Shown here: piece after piece, positions 45,335-53,609 of the stretch
Position numbering within the stretch: the first letter of the stretch is position 1
Layout: every line of letters starts with the position of its first letter
Assembly: GCA_046260675.1 (NCBI GenBank)
Contig: JBHEOT010000006.1
Coordinates: forward strand, 11,186-75,185
DNA from: Trueperaceae bacterium
GTDB lineage: Bacteria > Deinococcota > Deinococci > Deinococcales > Trueperaceae
Length of the DNA stretch: 64,000 nt
Reading direction: 5' to 3'
Notes under the pieces: generated by a model
What the model was told of the DNA's origin: nothing
Seen by the model: only the letters and a program-made list of their open reading frames with translations
Database searches by the model: none
Program-made: the position numbers and the translations under genes

Positions 45335-46503
45335 GGGTGCCTCCCTGCGGTGGTGGCGTCCAGTGCAGCCACGGCGGCGAGCGCCGCGTCGGCCATCATG
45401 CCTTCCTCGTCGGTGGCGACCACGAGCACGGCCACCGCTCCATCCGGGTCGATGCGCGGCCCGTGGGCTGCGTTGGCGTCGGCATCGACGGCGATCCCGA
45501 AGGCCTCGAGGCCGGTCAGGATCTCCGCGCGCATGCGCGCGTCGTGCTCGCCGATGCCGCCGGTGAAGACCACCGCGTCGAGCCCGCCCATCGCGAACGC
45601 CAGGCTCCCGATCGCGAGCCGGGCGCGGTACGCGAACGCCCGCAAGGCGAGCGTCGCCCGGTCGTCGCCGGCGTCCGCGGCGTGGCGCAGGTCGCGCACG
45701 TCGTTGGAGCGGCCCGAGAGCCCGAGCAGGCCCGAGGCCCGGTTGAGCTCGACGTCGAGCTCCGCGGCGCTCTTGCCGGCGCGGAGCAGGTGCAGCAGGA
45801 CGCCTGGATCGAGCGACCCGGAGCGGGTGCCCATGATCAGCCCGTCGATCGGCGTGAACCCCATCGTGGTCTCGACGGACCGGCCGCGGTCGACCGCCGC
45901 GGCGCTCGCGCCGTTCCCGAGGTGCAGCGAGACGATGCGCAGTTCGTCGCGGGGACGCTCCAGCAGCGCGGCGGCGCGCCGCGTCACCCCGTCGTGCGAC
46001 GGTCCGTGGAAGCCGTAGCGCCGGACGCCGTGATCGAGGTACCAGGCCTCGGGCACCGCGTAGCGGTAGGCGTGGGGCGCCATGGTCGCGTGGAAGGCGG
46101 TGTCGAAGACCGCCACGTGGGGGACGTCGGGAAGCGCTGCGCGCGCGGCGCGCAAGGCCGCGAGGTTGGCCGGGTTGTGCAGCGGCGCGAGCGGCACCAA
46201 CCCCTCCAGGACGTCGATCACGGCGTCGTCCACGACGATCGGCTCGGTGTACCGCTCGCCGCCGTGGACCACGCGGTGCGCGACGACGGCGACGCGTTCG
46301 AGCGGCGCCGCACCCGGGGCGTCGGCGAGCGCCGCCTCGGCGCGGCGCCACGCATCGACGTGGTCGTGCGCTCGTCCGGGCTCGCCGATCCGCTCGATGG
46401 TCACGGCGGCTCCGGAGGGCCGGCGCCCGACCTTGAGGCTGGAGCTGCCGGCGTTGACGACGAGGACGTCGGGCGCGTCCGAGGGCATGGGGGTTTCGGG
46501 CAT
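45331..46503 (-). CDS. ackA: acetate kinase
   Basis: LVVNAGSSSLK, HRVVHGG, GFTPIDGLIMGTRSG and FTGGIGEH motifs. AGGAG SD. Confidence 0.93.
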   Translation of the reverse strand: MPETPMPSDAPDVLVVNAGSSSLKVGRRPSGAAVTIERIGEPGRAHDHVDAWRRAEAALADAPGAAPLERVAVVAHRVVHGGERYTEPIVVDDAVIDVLEGLVPLAPLHNPANLAALRAARAALPDVPHVAVFDTAFHATMAPHAYRYAVPEAWYLDHGVRRYGFHGPSHDGVTRRAAALLERPRDELRIVSLHLGNGASAAAVDRGRSVETTMGFTPIDGLIMGTRSGSLDPGVLLHLLRAGKSAAELDVELNRASGLLGLSGRSNDVRDLRHAADAGDDRATLALRAFAYRARLAIGSLAFAMGGLDAVVFTGGIGEHDARMRAEILTGLEAFGIAVDADANAAHGPRIDPDGAVAVLVVATDEEGMMADAALAAVAALDATTAGRHP

Positions 46504-46556
46504 CGGATCTCCTGCTACGGCGTGCGACGGTTCCGCGCCGCGGTGCGGTGATGGTA

Positions 46557-47279
46557 TCAGTCGACCCCGGTGGCGTCGTCCGGCGCGCGCGCCGCCCCGC
46601 GCAAGAGCACGGGCTCGAAGCCGACGCGGTCGGCGGCGACGAAGCGGACGTCGACCCCGGGAAGCTCGGGCAGCGGCACCGGCGCGTCGCCGTGGACGTG
46701 CCCGAAGACGAGCGCGTCGGGCGCCGCGGCGCGCAGCGCGTCGACGAAGCCCGAGGGCTCGCCGCGGACGTTGGTCGGGGGGAAGTGGAGCATGACGACC
46801 CGATACCCGTCGCCGAGCCGCGCCATCGCCTCGAGCGACAGGCGCAGACGCGCGACCTCGCGCTCGTAGACCTTGCGGTCGTGGTCGCCGAAGCCGTGCG
46901 CGCCCGGGCAGATCCAGCCGCGGGTGCCGCCGACGACGACGTCGCCGACGCGCACCGCGTCGTTCTGGACGGCCAGCATGCGCGGCGGCAGCAACGTGCG
47001 CAGGCGACCGATCGCCGGCCACCAGTAATCGTGGTTGCCGCGCAGCAGCACCTTGGTGCCGGGCAGGTCGGCGATCGCTTGCACGTCGACCTCCGCTTCC
47101 TCCCACCGCATCGCCCACGAGACGTCGCCCGGTACGAGCACGAGGTCGTCGTCCGCGACGTGGCGGCGCCAGCCCTCGAAGAAGGCCTGCGGATGATCCG
47201 CCCACGCCGGACCGAACACGGTCATCGGCTTCGGGCGGGCGCCGCTCAGATGGGGATCGGCGATGGCGAAGACGCGCAC
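46557..47279 (-). CDS. metallophosphoesterase family protein
   Basis: IADPHL, PGDVSW, RGNHDYWW and GHVHG motifs. GTG start with TAGACT 6 nt upstream. Confidence 0.85.
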   Translation of the reverse strand: MRVFAIADPHLSGARPKPMTVFGPAWADHPQAFFEGWRRHVADDDLVLVPGDVSWAMRWEEAEVDVQAIADLPGTKVLLRGNHDYWWPAIGRLRTLLPPRMLAVQNDAVRVGDVVVGGTRGWICPGAHGFGDHDRKVYEREVARLRLSLEAMARLGDGYRVVMLHFPPTNVRGEPSGFVDALRAAAPDALVFGHVHGDAPVPLPELPGVDVRFVAADRVGFEPVLLRGAARAPDDATGVD

Positions 47280-47288
47280 GGGCGCAGT

Positions 47289-47798
47289 CTAACCGCGCCC
47301 TCCGGCCGCCTTCTCCGCGGGTGGTTCGCTCAGGACGACCGCGACGGCCGCACGCCACTGCGCAGCCTGCGCGCGCTCGGTCGGGCGCACGCCGACCTGG
47401 CCGAGCGTCCGCGCCAGCGCCGCGACGGTCGCCGCGACGGTCGCCGCGACGGTCGCCACCGCGAGCTCGTCGCCGGCCGGACGCGCCGCCGCTGGCGCCG
47501 GCCAGTCGGGCGCCACCTCCGCCCACGGCGCCAAGACGAACGGGCGCTCGGCCGCTCGCGGGTGCGGCAGCGTCGGCCGGTGTCCGCAGCCGCTGCGCGC
47601 CCCGACCTTCCAGCCGGACCCGTCGAGGAGGTCGAGGTCGAGCGTCCGCGGTCCCCACCGCTCGCGGCGCTGCCGGCCCAATGCGCTCTCGATCGCCAGC
47701 AGCGCCGCGAGCGCGCGCGCCGGGGTCCCCCACGCCCGCGCCGGCCGCCAGCGCACGACCGCGTTGAGGTAGTCCGGCTGACCGGGCGGCCCACCCAC
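47289..47798 (-). CDS. folK: 2-amino-4-hydroxy-6-hydroxymethyldihydropteridine diphosphokinase (HPPK); true N-terminus probably lies further upstream
   Basis: QPDYLNAVV, WGPRTLDLDLL and LPHPRAAERPFVLAPWAEV motifs. The coordinates are the ORF from the first canonical start (GTG 47798). The same frame stays open upstream and encodes the expected first strand PVAFVALGANLGDP (47924-47883) with no ATG/GTG/TTG. Confidence 0.8.
   Translation of the reverse strand: MGGPPGQPDYLNAVVRWRPARAWGTPARALAALLAIESALGRQRRERWGPRTLDLDLLDGSGWKVGARSGCGHRPTLPHPRAAERPFVLAPWAEVAPDWPAPAAARPAGDELAVATVAATVAATVAALARTLGQVGVRPTERAQAAQWRAAVAVVLSEPPAEKAAGGRG
47421..47456 (-). repeat. perfect 12-nt tandem repeat x3 inside the folK 3' extension (encodes ATVA repeats)
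   Basis: CGCGACGGTCGC x3 on the plus strand, giving protein VATVAATVAATVAAL. Confidence 0.9.
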
Positions 47799-47940
47799 CG
47801 CCGCCGTGATCCAGGTCCTCGACGCGGCCTCGACCGCGCCCAGCTCGGCGAGCGCGGCGAGCGCCCGCGCGAAGGTGCTGGTGGGGTCGCCCAGGTTGGC
47901 GCCGAGGGCGACGAAGGCGACCGGCGCCGCCCGCGGAGCG

Positions 47941-48291
47941 TCAGCGGACGTGGCGCACCTCGACGACCACGTCGCCGACCACGCCCGGCAGCGGTGCGTG
48001 CGGTTTGTGGACCCGGACCGTGACCGCGCGCACCAGCGGCTCCTCGGCCAGCGCGTCGCGGCCGATCCGGTGCGCCAGCGCCTCGATCAGGCGGTAGCGG
48101 GTGCCGGTCACCACGGCGGCGACCCGCGCGTAGACGCGAGCGTAGTCCACGGTCGCCGCCAGGTCGTCGGTCTCGGGGAGGTCGGCCTCCAGCACCAGGT
48201 CGACGACGAAGGGCGCGCCGAAGCGCGCCTCTTCCTCGAACACGCCGTGGTAGCCGTGGAACCGCAAGCCCTCGAGGCGGATGCTAGCCAT
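47941..48291 (-). CDS. folB: dihydroneopterin aldolase
   Basis: IRLEGLRFHGYHGVFEEE, VDYARVY and VRVHKPHAP motifs. Confidence 0.92.
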   Translation of the reverse strand: MASIRLEGLRFHGYHGVFEEEARFGAPFVVDLVLEADLPETDDLAATVDYARVYARVAAVVTGTRYRLIEALAHRIGRDALAEEPLVRAVTVRVHKPHAPLPGVVGDVVVEVRHVR

Positions 48292-49210
48292 CGATCCATC
48301 CCTTCGCGCGGAGCGCCTGCACGTGACCGGCGACGTCGTGGGCGCGCACCAGCGCGGCGCCGCGGGCCGCTGCCTCGAGGTGCACCGCGATCGATGCCGG
48401 GTCGCGCCGCGCGGCGACGGGTTCGCCCGTCACGTCCGCGAGGAAGCGCTTGCGCGACGCGCCGACGAGCAGCGGGGCGCCGAGCGCCGCCAACGCCCCG
48501 GTGGCGCGCAGCAGCGCCCGGTGGTGATCGGCCGTCTTGCCGAAACCGATCCCGGGGTCGAGCACGACGTCCGGCATGCCGTCCGCCAACGCCGCGGTCC
48601 GCGCGCTGCTCAACTCCGCGCCGACCTCGGCGACCACGTCCTCGAAGGACGGCGCCGCCTGCATCGTCGCCGGCTCGCCGCGCAGGTGCGACGCGACCGC
48701 GGGGACGCCCAGCGACGCGCACGCCACGCGCAGCGCCGGGTCGCGCAGGGTGCGGACGTCGTTGACGAGGTGCGCGCCCGCGGCGATCGCCTCACGAGCG
48801 ACGTTCGGGTCGGAGGTATCCACGGAGATCAACGCGTGTGGCTCGGCCGCGCTCAGCGCGCGCACGACGGGCACCACGCGCGCGGCCTCGACCTCGGGCG
48901 GCACGCTCGGCGCGCCTGGGCGGGTGGAAGCGCCCCCGATGTCGAGCATCAAGGCGCCGTCGGCGAAGGCGCGCCGCGCGACGGCGACCGCCGCAGCTAC
49001 GTCGACGCGCTCGGTCGCATCGGCGCCGGCGGCCGCGTCCGTCGGCGCGACGAAGCGCCCGCCGTCCGAGAAGCTGTCGGGCGTCACGTTCACGACCGCC
49101 ATCACCGCGCAGCCCGACCAACCGACCACGTACCCGGCGTCGTCGCGCGTGGCGCCCGGCACCGGCCGATGCCAGCGCAGGGCGTGGCGGCGATGCGGCC
49201 ACGTGGTCAT
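48284..49210 (-). CDS. folP: dihydropteroate synthase
   Basis: VVNVTPDSFSDGG, DIGGASTRPG, LVNDV, DPGIGFGK and GASRKRF motifs. ATGA overlap with the upstream epimerase gene. Confidence 0.93.
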   Translation of the reverse strand: MTTWPHRRHALRWHRPVPGATRDDAGYVVGWSGCAVMAVVNVTPDSFSDGGRFVAPTDAAAGADATERVDVAAAVAVARRAFADGALMLDIGGASTRPGAPSVPPEVEAARVVPVVRALSAAEPHALISVDTSDPNVAREAIAAGAHLVNDVRTLRDPALRVACASLGVPAVASHLRGEPATMQAAPSFEDVVAEVGAELSSARTAALADGMPDVVLDPGIGFGKTADHHRALLRATGALAALGAPLLVGASRKRFLADVTGEPVAARRDPASIAVHLEAAARGAALVRAHDVAGHVQALRAKGWIDG

Positions 49211-50373
49211 CGCGCGGGCACCGCGGCGGCGGACCAGTCGGCGGGCCGCGGCCCCCGTCCGAGGCGCCACGCCACCGCGGCCGCCACCCGCGTTCCGGCA
49301 TGCCCGTCGCCGAACGGGTTGGGGGCCGCCGCCATCGCTTTGATCGCGCCGGCGTCCGACAACAAGGCGGTCAGGGCCGCGGCCACGCGCGGCGGGTCGT
49401 TGCCGAGCAGGCGCACGGCGCCGGACTCGACGCCCTCGGGGCGCTCGGTGACGTTGCGCACCACCGCGACGGGCACCCCGAGCGCGGCCCCCTCCTCTTG
49501 CAGGCCGCCCGAGTCGGTGACGATCAGGCGCGCTTCGCGCAGCAGACCCACCATGTCGAGGTACGCCCAATCGTCGTCGAGCAGCACGTTCGCGACCGGT
49601 TCGAGCGCGGGCCGCAACGCCTCCCGGACCACCGGATTGCGGTGCATGGGAAGCACGAACAGGTGATCCGGGTGGGCGCGCGCCGCCGTCGCGAGCGCCT
49701 CGGCCAGCTGCGCCATCACGGGCAGGTTCTCGCGGCGATGGAGCGTCACGGCGACGAGCGCGCGACCGTCGGCGCGCTCCCGAACCGCTTCGGGCAGCGC
49801 CGCGCGCGCCGCCGCCCAGCGGACCGCGTCGACCGCCGTGTTCCCGGTGACGACCATCCGCGCCGGGTCCTTGCCCTCGGCCAACAGGTGGCCGCGCGCG
49901 GCGGCGGTCGGCGGCAGGTCGAGGTCGGTGAGCACGTCGGTGAGCCGGCGGTTGGCCTCCTCCGGGAAGGGTTCGGCAAGGTCGAAGCTGCGCAGACCCG
50001 CCTCGACGTGGGCGACCGGGATGCCCTCGAAGAACGCCGCCAGCGCGACCGCGAAGGTGGTCAGCGTGTCGCCGTGGACGAGGACGTACGCAGGCCGGCA
50101 CGCGCGCAGGCGCTCGGCCGCCGCCGGCACGATGCGGCCGAGCAGGTCGGGCAGCGCCTGGCGATCGGTCATGACGTCGAGGTCGGCGTCGGGGTGGAGG
50201 TCGAACAGCTCGAGCATGCGGTCGAGCTGGCGGCGCTGTTGGCCGGTGACGAGCAGCCACGGCCGCACCTCGGCGTGCGCGGCGAGCGCGTGCACGACCG
50301 GCGCCATCTTGGAGGCCTCCGGGCGGGTGCCGAAGGCCACCGCGACGATCGCCGCCTCGGGTCCTCCGCTCAC
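49207..50373 (-). CDS. wecB: UDP-N-acetylglucosamine 2-epimerase (non-hydrolysing)
   Basis: FGTRPEASKMAPV, LVHGDTLTT, VEAGLRS and PEEANRR motifs. GTGA overlap with the upstream gene. Confidence 0.9.
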   Translation of the reverse strand: MSGGPEAAIVAVAFGTRPEASKMAPVVHALAAHAEVRPWLLVTGQQRRQLDRMLELFDLHPDADLDVMTDRQALPDLLGRIVPAAAERLRACRPAYVLVHGDTLTTFAVALAAFFEGIPVAHVEAGLRSFDLAEPFPEEANRRLTDVLTDLDLPPTAAARGHLLAEGKDPARMVVTGNTAVDAVRWAAARAALPEAVRERADGRALVAVTLHRRENLPVMAQLAEALATAARAHPDHLFVLPMHRNPVVREALRPALEPVANVLLDDDWAYLDMVGLLREARLIVTDSGGLQEEGAALGVPVAVVRNVTERPEGVESGAVRLLGNDPPRVAAALTALLSDAGAIKAMAAAPNPFGDGHAGTRVAAAVAWRLGRGPRPADWSAAAVPAR

Positions 50374-51473
50374 GCCGAAGGCGCAGCTCGGCGCGCCTCG
50401 CGCCCACGCCACACCGTCGCGATCCCGAGCAGCGCGACGCTGCCGAGGATGGTGGCGACGACGAGCAGCAGCGGCGTCGCCGCCAGCAGCATCCCGAGCA
50501 CGCCACACGCCAGCGTCGCCCCCCACAACAGGTAGACCGCGACCCGCGGGCTGCCCGAGCGAACGCGCAGCAGGTCGTGCAGGTGGTCGTTGGCGGCGAG
50601 CGCCGGGTTCTGGCGCCGGCGCAAGCGCCGCACCGTCACCTGGGTGATGTTGACCACCGGGAGCGCCAGGATCAGGATCGGGGCCGCTACCGCGACCGCC
50701 GCGGTCACCTTGAGCGCCCCGAGGACCGACACCGTGGCGAGCAGGTAGCCGAGGAAGTACGCGCCGGAGTCGCCCATGGTGATCGTCGCCGGGTTGGAGT
50801 TGTGGCGCAGGAAGCCGAGTGCGCTGCCGGCGACGGCCGTCAGCAGCAAGACCGAAGCGCCGCGATCGGGGAACTGGAGCGCGACGGCGAGCAGGCTGAG
50901 GCTGGCGATCGCCGCGATCCCGGACGACAGGCCGTCGAGCCCATCGATGAAGTTGAAGGCGTTCGTGAACCCGACGATCCAGAGCAGCGTCACCCCCACC
51001 GCGAGCGCCTCCGGGAAGAACACGAACGGCACCGCTCCGAAGTAGTTGGTGATGAAATCGATCGTCACCCCGTTGATGACGACGATGCCGGCGGCCGCGA
51101 ACTGGGTCGCGAGGCGCACGACCGGCGCGACCTCCCAGAGGTCGTCGACGAAGCCGACGAGCGTCATGAGCGCACCGCCCAGGACGATCGCCAACAACTG
51201 CACGCGGTACGCATCGATCTGTTGGGGCGCGAGCACGAAGCCGACCAGCACCGCCACCAGGAAGCCACCGAAGATCGCGATGCCGCCGATGTTGGGCACG
51301 CGTCCTTGGTGGAGCCGCACGCCCACGCCGTGGGCGGAGCCCCCTTCTTGCACGGCGCCGACGCGCAGCGCGAAGTCGCGCACCCGCGGCACCGCCCAGC
51401 CGACCACCAGCGCGGCGACGGCGAAGGTGACGAGGACGAGCGGCGCGTACAGGGTCATGGACTCGGCGGGCAC
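50370..51473 (-). CDS. MraY/WecA-family (GT4) undecaprenyl-phosphate sugar-1-phosphate transferase
   Basis: Polytopic protein with VDDLWEV and NAFNFIDGLDGL motifs. GTG 51473 has TAGACT 5 nt upstream; ATG 51458 is the alternative. Confidence 0.88.
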   Translation of the reverse strand: MPAESMTLYAPLVLVTFAVAALVVGWAVPRVRDFALRVGAVQEGGSAHGVGVRLHQGRVPNIGGIAIFGGFLVAVLVGFVLAPQQIDAYRVQLLAIVLGGALMTLVGFVDDLWEVAPVVRLATQFAAAGIVVINGVTIDFITNYFGAVPFVFFPEALAVGVTLLWIVGFTNAFNFIDGLDGLSSGIAAIASLSLLAVALQFPDRGASVLLLTAVAGSALGFLRHNSNPATITMGDSGAYFLGYLLATVSVLGALKVTAAVAVAAPILILALPVVNITQVTVRRLRRRQNPALAANDHLHDLLRVRSGSPRVAVYLLWGATLACGVLGMLLAATPLLLVVATILGSVALLGIATVWRGREARRAAPSA

Positions 51474-51522
51474 GCGTCAGTCTACCGTCGCGGCTGGGCG
51501 TGCGATGAGGCGCACGCCGCTC

Positions 51523-52149
51523 TCAACGCGTCCCGTAGATCCGGTCGCCCGCGTCCCCCAAACCGGGGACGATGTACCCGCGATCGTCGAGCCGCTCGTC
51601 GAGGCCCGCCAGGATGATCTCCACGTGGGGGTGGGCGGCCCGCACCGCGGCGACCCCTTCCGGCGCCGCCAATATGCATAGCAACCGTGGCGCCACGACG
51701 CCGTGCTCGGCGAGCAGGTCGAGCGCCGCGACCGCGGAGCCGCCGGTCGCGAGCATCGGATCGAGGACGAACACCTCGCGGTCGGCGATGTCGCTCGGAA
51801 GCTTGACGAAGTAGCGCACCGGCTTGAGGGTGGTCTCGTCGCGGTACATGCCGACGTGCCCGATCCGGGCGTTCGGCACCAGCTCCAGGATGCCGTCCGC
51901 CATGATCAGCCCGGCGCGCAGGATGGCGACCAAAGCCAGCTTCTTCCCCGCCAGGCGGTGGGCGCGGGCGGTGGCGACCGGGGTCTCGACGACGACCTCC
52001 TCGAGCGGCAGCCCGCGCATCGCCTCGAACGCCATCAGCATGCTGATCTCGGTGCACAGCGCGCGGAAGTCGCGCACGTTGGTCGCTCGCTCGCGCAGCA
52101 CCGAGAGCTTGTGCTGCACGAGCGGATGCTCGACGATGGTCACGGCCAC
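51523..52149 (-). CDS. upp: uracil phosphoribosyltransferase
   Basis: [21 protein letters not shown] and [12 protein letters not shown] motifs. GGAGGTG SD, GTG start. Confidence 0.93.
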   Translation of the reverse strand: MAVTIVEHPLVQHKLSVLRERATNVRDFRALCTEISMLMAFEAMRGLPLEEVVVETPVATARAHRLAGKKLALVAILRAGLIMADGILELVPNARIGHVGMYRDETTLKPVRYFVKLPSDIADREVFVLDPMLATGGSAVAALDLLAEHGVVAPRLLCILAAPEGVAAVRAAHPHVEIILAGLDERLDDRGYIVPGLGDAGDRIYGTR

Positions 52150-52161
52150 GGTTCGCCACCT

Positions 52162-52200
52162 CCAAAACGAACGCGCTCGAGTCGCCGGGACTCGAGCGCG
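52162..52200 (-). terminator. intrinsic terminator after tRNA-Ser, abutting the upp SD
   Basis: 12-bp perfect stem (52172-52183 / 52189-52200, 5-nt loop). On the minus strand it is followed by TTCGTTTTGG. Confidence 0.6.
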
Positions 52201-52202
52201 CG

Positions 52203-52294
<92 letters not shown>

Positions 52295-52381
52295 ACGGTT
52301 CGGGCGGCATGCTGCCGCCGGAGCCACGAGAGGGTACCACGGCGCCGACAGCTCGTCCACCGCATCCCCGGGGCCCGTCGG

Positions 52382-52411
52382 TTGACGCGGCGACGCGGGG
52401 ACGGCTACATT
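52382..52411 (+). promoter_or_regulatory. sigma70-type promoter for tRNA-Gln(CTG) (TTGACG-18 nt-TACATT)
   Basis: Hexamers at 52382-52387 and 52406-52411, about 16 nt before the tRNA. Confidence 0.65.
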
Positions 52412-52426
52412 GATGGGTGTTGGCGT

Positions 52427-52500
52427 TGGCCCTTAGTCTAACGGCAGGACAAGCGGTTCTGGTCCGCTCGGTCGGGGTTCGAATCCCTGAGGGCCAGCCA
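52427..52500 (+). tRNA. tRNA-Gln (anticodon CTG), CCA encoded
   Basis: Acceptor TGGCCCT/AGGGCCA, anticodon stem AGCGG/CCGCT with loop TTCTGGT. Confidence 0.92.
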
Positions 52501-52504
52501 CCAC

Positions 52505-52541
52505 GAGCGCCGCACCCCGAAGTTCGACGGGTGCGGCGCTC
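52505..52541 (+). terminator. 13-bp hairpin after tRNA-Gln(CTG)
   Basis: GAGCGCCGCACCC-cgaagttcgac-GGGTGCGGCGCTC. Confidence 0.5.
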
Positions 52542-52587
52542 GGTCGTATGAGGCCGCGCCACGGACGGACTCGACCGGGAGCGCACG

Positions 52588-52617
52588 TTGACGCCGTCGC
52601 CACCGCCTACGTATCAT
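52588..52617 (+). promoter_or_regulatory. sigma70-type promoter for tRNA-Gln(TTG) (TTGACG-18 nt-TATCAT)
   Basis: Hexamers at 52588-52593 and 52612-52617, about 15 nt before the tRNA. Confidence 0.65.
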
Positions 52618-52631
52618 CACTGCCGCTGCGT

Positions 52632-52705
52632 TGGCCCTTCGTCTAATGGCAGGACAACTGGTTTTGGTCCAGTCGGTCGGGGTTCGAATCCCTGAGGGCC
52701 AGCCA
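52632..52705 (+). tRNA. tRNA-Gln (anticodon TTG), CCA encoded
   Basis: Same acceptor and T arm as the CTG isoacceptor. Anticodon stem ACTGG/CCAGT with loop TTTTGGT. Confidence 0.92.
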
Positions 52706-52713
52706 ACGCGGCC

Positions 52714-52750
52714 GCGCGCGCCGCGTCCTTCGGGATGCGGCGCGCGCCTT
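52714..52750. terminator. 15-bp hairpin with a TTCG tetraloop between tRNA-Gln(TTG) and the convergent 3-hydroxyacyl-CoA dehydrogenase gene
   Basis: GCGCGCGCCGCGTCC-ttcg-GGATGCGGCGCGCGC followed by CTT. Confidence 0.55.
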
Positions 52751-52760
52751 GGTGGCTGCG

Positions 52761-53609
52761 TCAGCCCTCGCGCGGCGGGTACGCGTGGTACCCCAGACCG
52801 GTCTTGCGGCCCAAGTGCCCCGCCTCGACGCGTTTGCGCAAGCCCTGCGGGGGGCGGAAGCGTTCGCCGAGCGCCTCGGTGAGCGATTCGGCGATCGCGA
52901 GCATCACGTCGAGGCCGACGTAGTCCGCGAGCTCGAGCGGCCCCATCGGGTGGTTGAGCCCGAGCTTCACCGCGGCGTCGACGTCGGCCGCCGACGCCAC
53001 CCCCTCCTCGTGCATGCGCATCGCTTCGATCAACGTCGCCGCGAGCACCCGGGTCGTCACGAACCCCTGGCGATCGGCTACCTCCACCACGGTCTTGCCG
53101 CAGGCTTCGGCCACGGCGCGAACCAGCGCCATGGTCGCGTCGCTCGTGGCGAGGCCGCGCACGCTCTCGACCAGGCGCATCCGCTCCGGCGGGTTGAACC
53201 AGTGCATGCCGCAGACCTGCGCCGCGCGCCCGGTCGCCGCGGCGAGCGCGGTGACCGAGAGCTGGCTCGTGTTCGTCGCGAGCACCGCGTGGGCGGGGGC
53301 GGCCGCATCGACCTGACGGAACAGCTCCTGCTTCAGGTCGAGCACCTCGGGGGCGGCCTCGATGACGAGGTCGGCGTCGGCGACGGCCGTCTCGACGTCG
53401 GCCACGGCGGCGACGTCGGCGTCCGGTGCGCGCTTCGCGACGCGCGCCAGCGCCCGATCGCGCGCCTCCGGAGACGGGTCGGCGATGCGCACGGCGAACC
53501 CGTGCTCGGCCAGCAGCGCGGCGATGCCGCTTCCCATCGTGCCGGCGCCGAGCACGGCGATGCGGCGGACGGAGGGGTGCTGGGGGATGAGGGCGGTGGG
53601 TTCGGTCAC
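52761..53609 (-). CDS. 3-hydroxybutyryl-CoA / 3-hydroxyacyl-CoA dehydrogenase
   Basis: IAVLGAGTMGSGIA, ATNTSQLS, HWFNPP and GFVTTR motifs. GGAGG SD; the GTG overlaps the rsmJ stop. Confidence 0.9.
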   Translation of the reverse strand: MTEPTALIPQHPSVRRIAVLGAGTMGSGIAALLAEHGFAVRIADPSPEARDRALARVAKRAPDADVAAVADVETAVADADLVIEAAPEVLDLKQELFRQVDAAAPAHAVLATNTSQLSVTALAAATGRAAQVCGMHWFNPPERMRLVESVRGLATSDATMALVRAVAEACGKTVVEVADRQGFVTTRVLAATLIEAMRMHEEGVASAADVDAAVKLGLNHPMGPLELADYVGLDVMLAIAESLTEALGERFRPPQGLRKRVEAGHLGRKTGLGYHAYPPREG

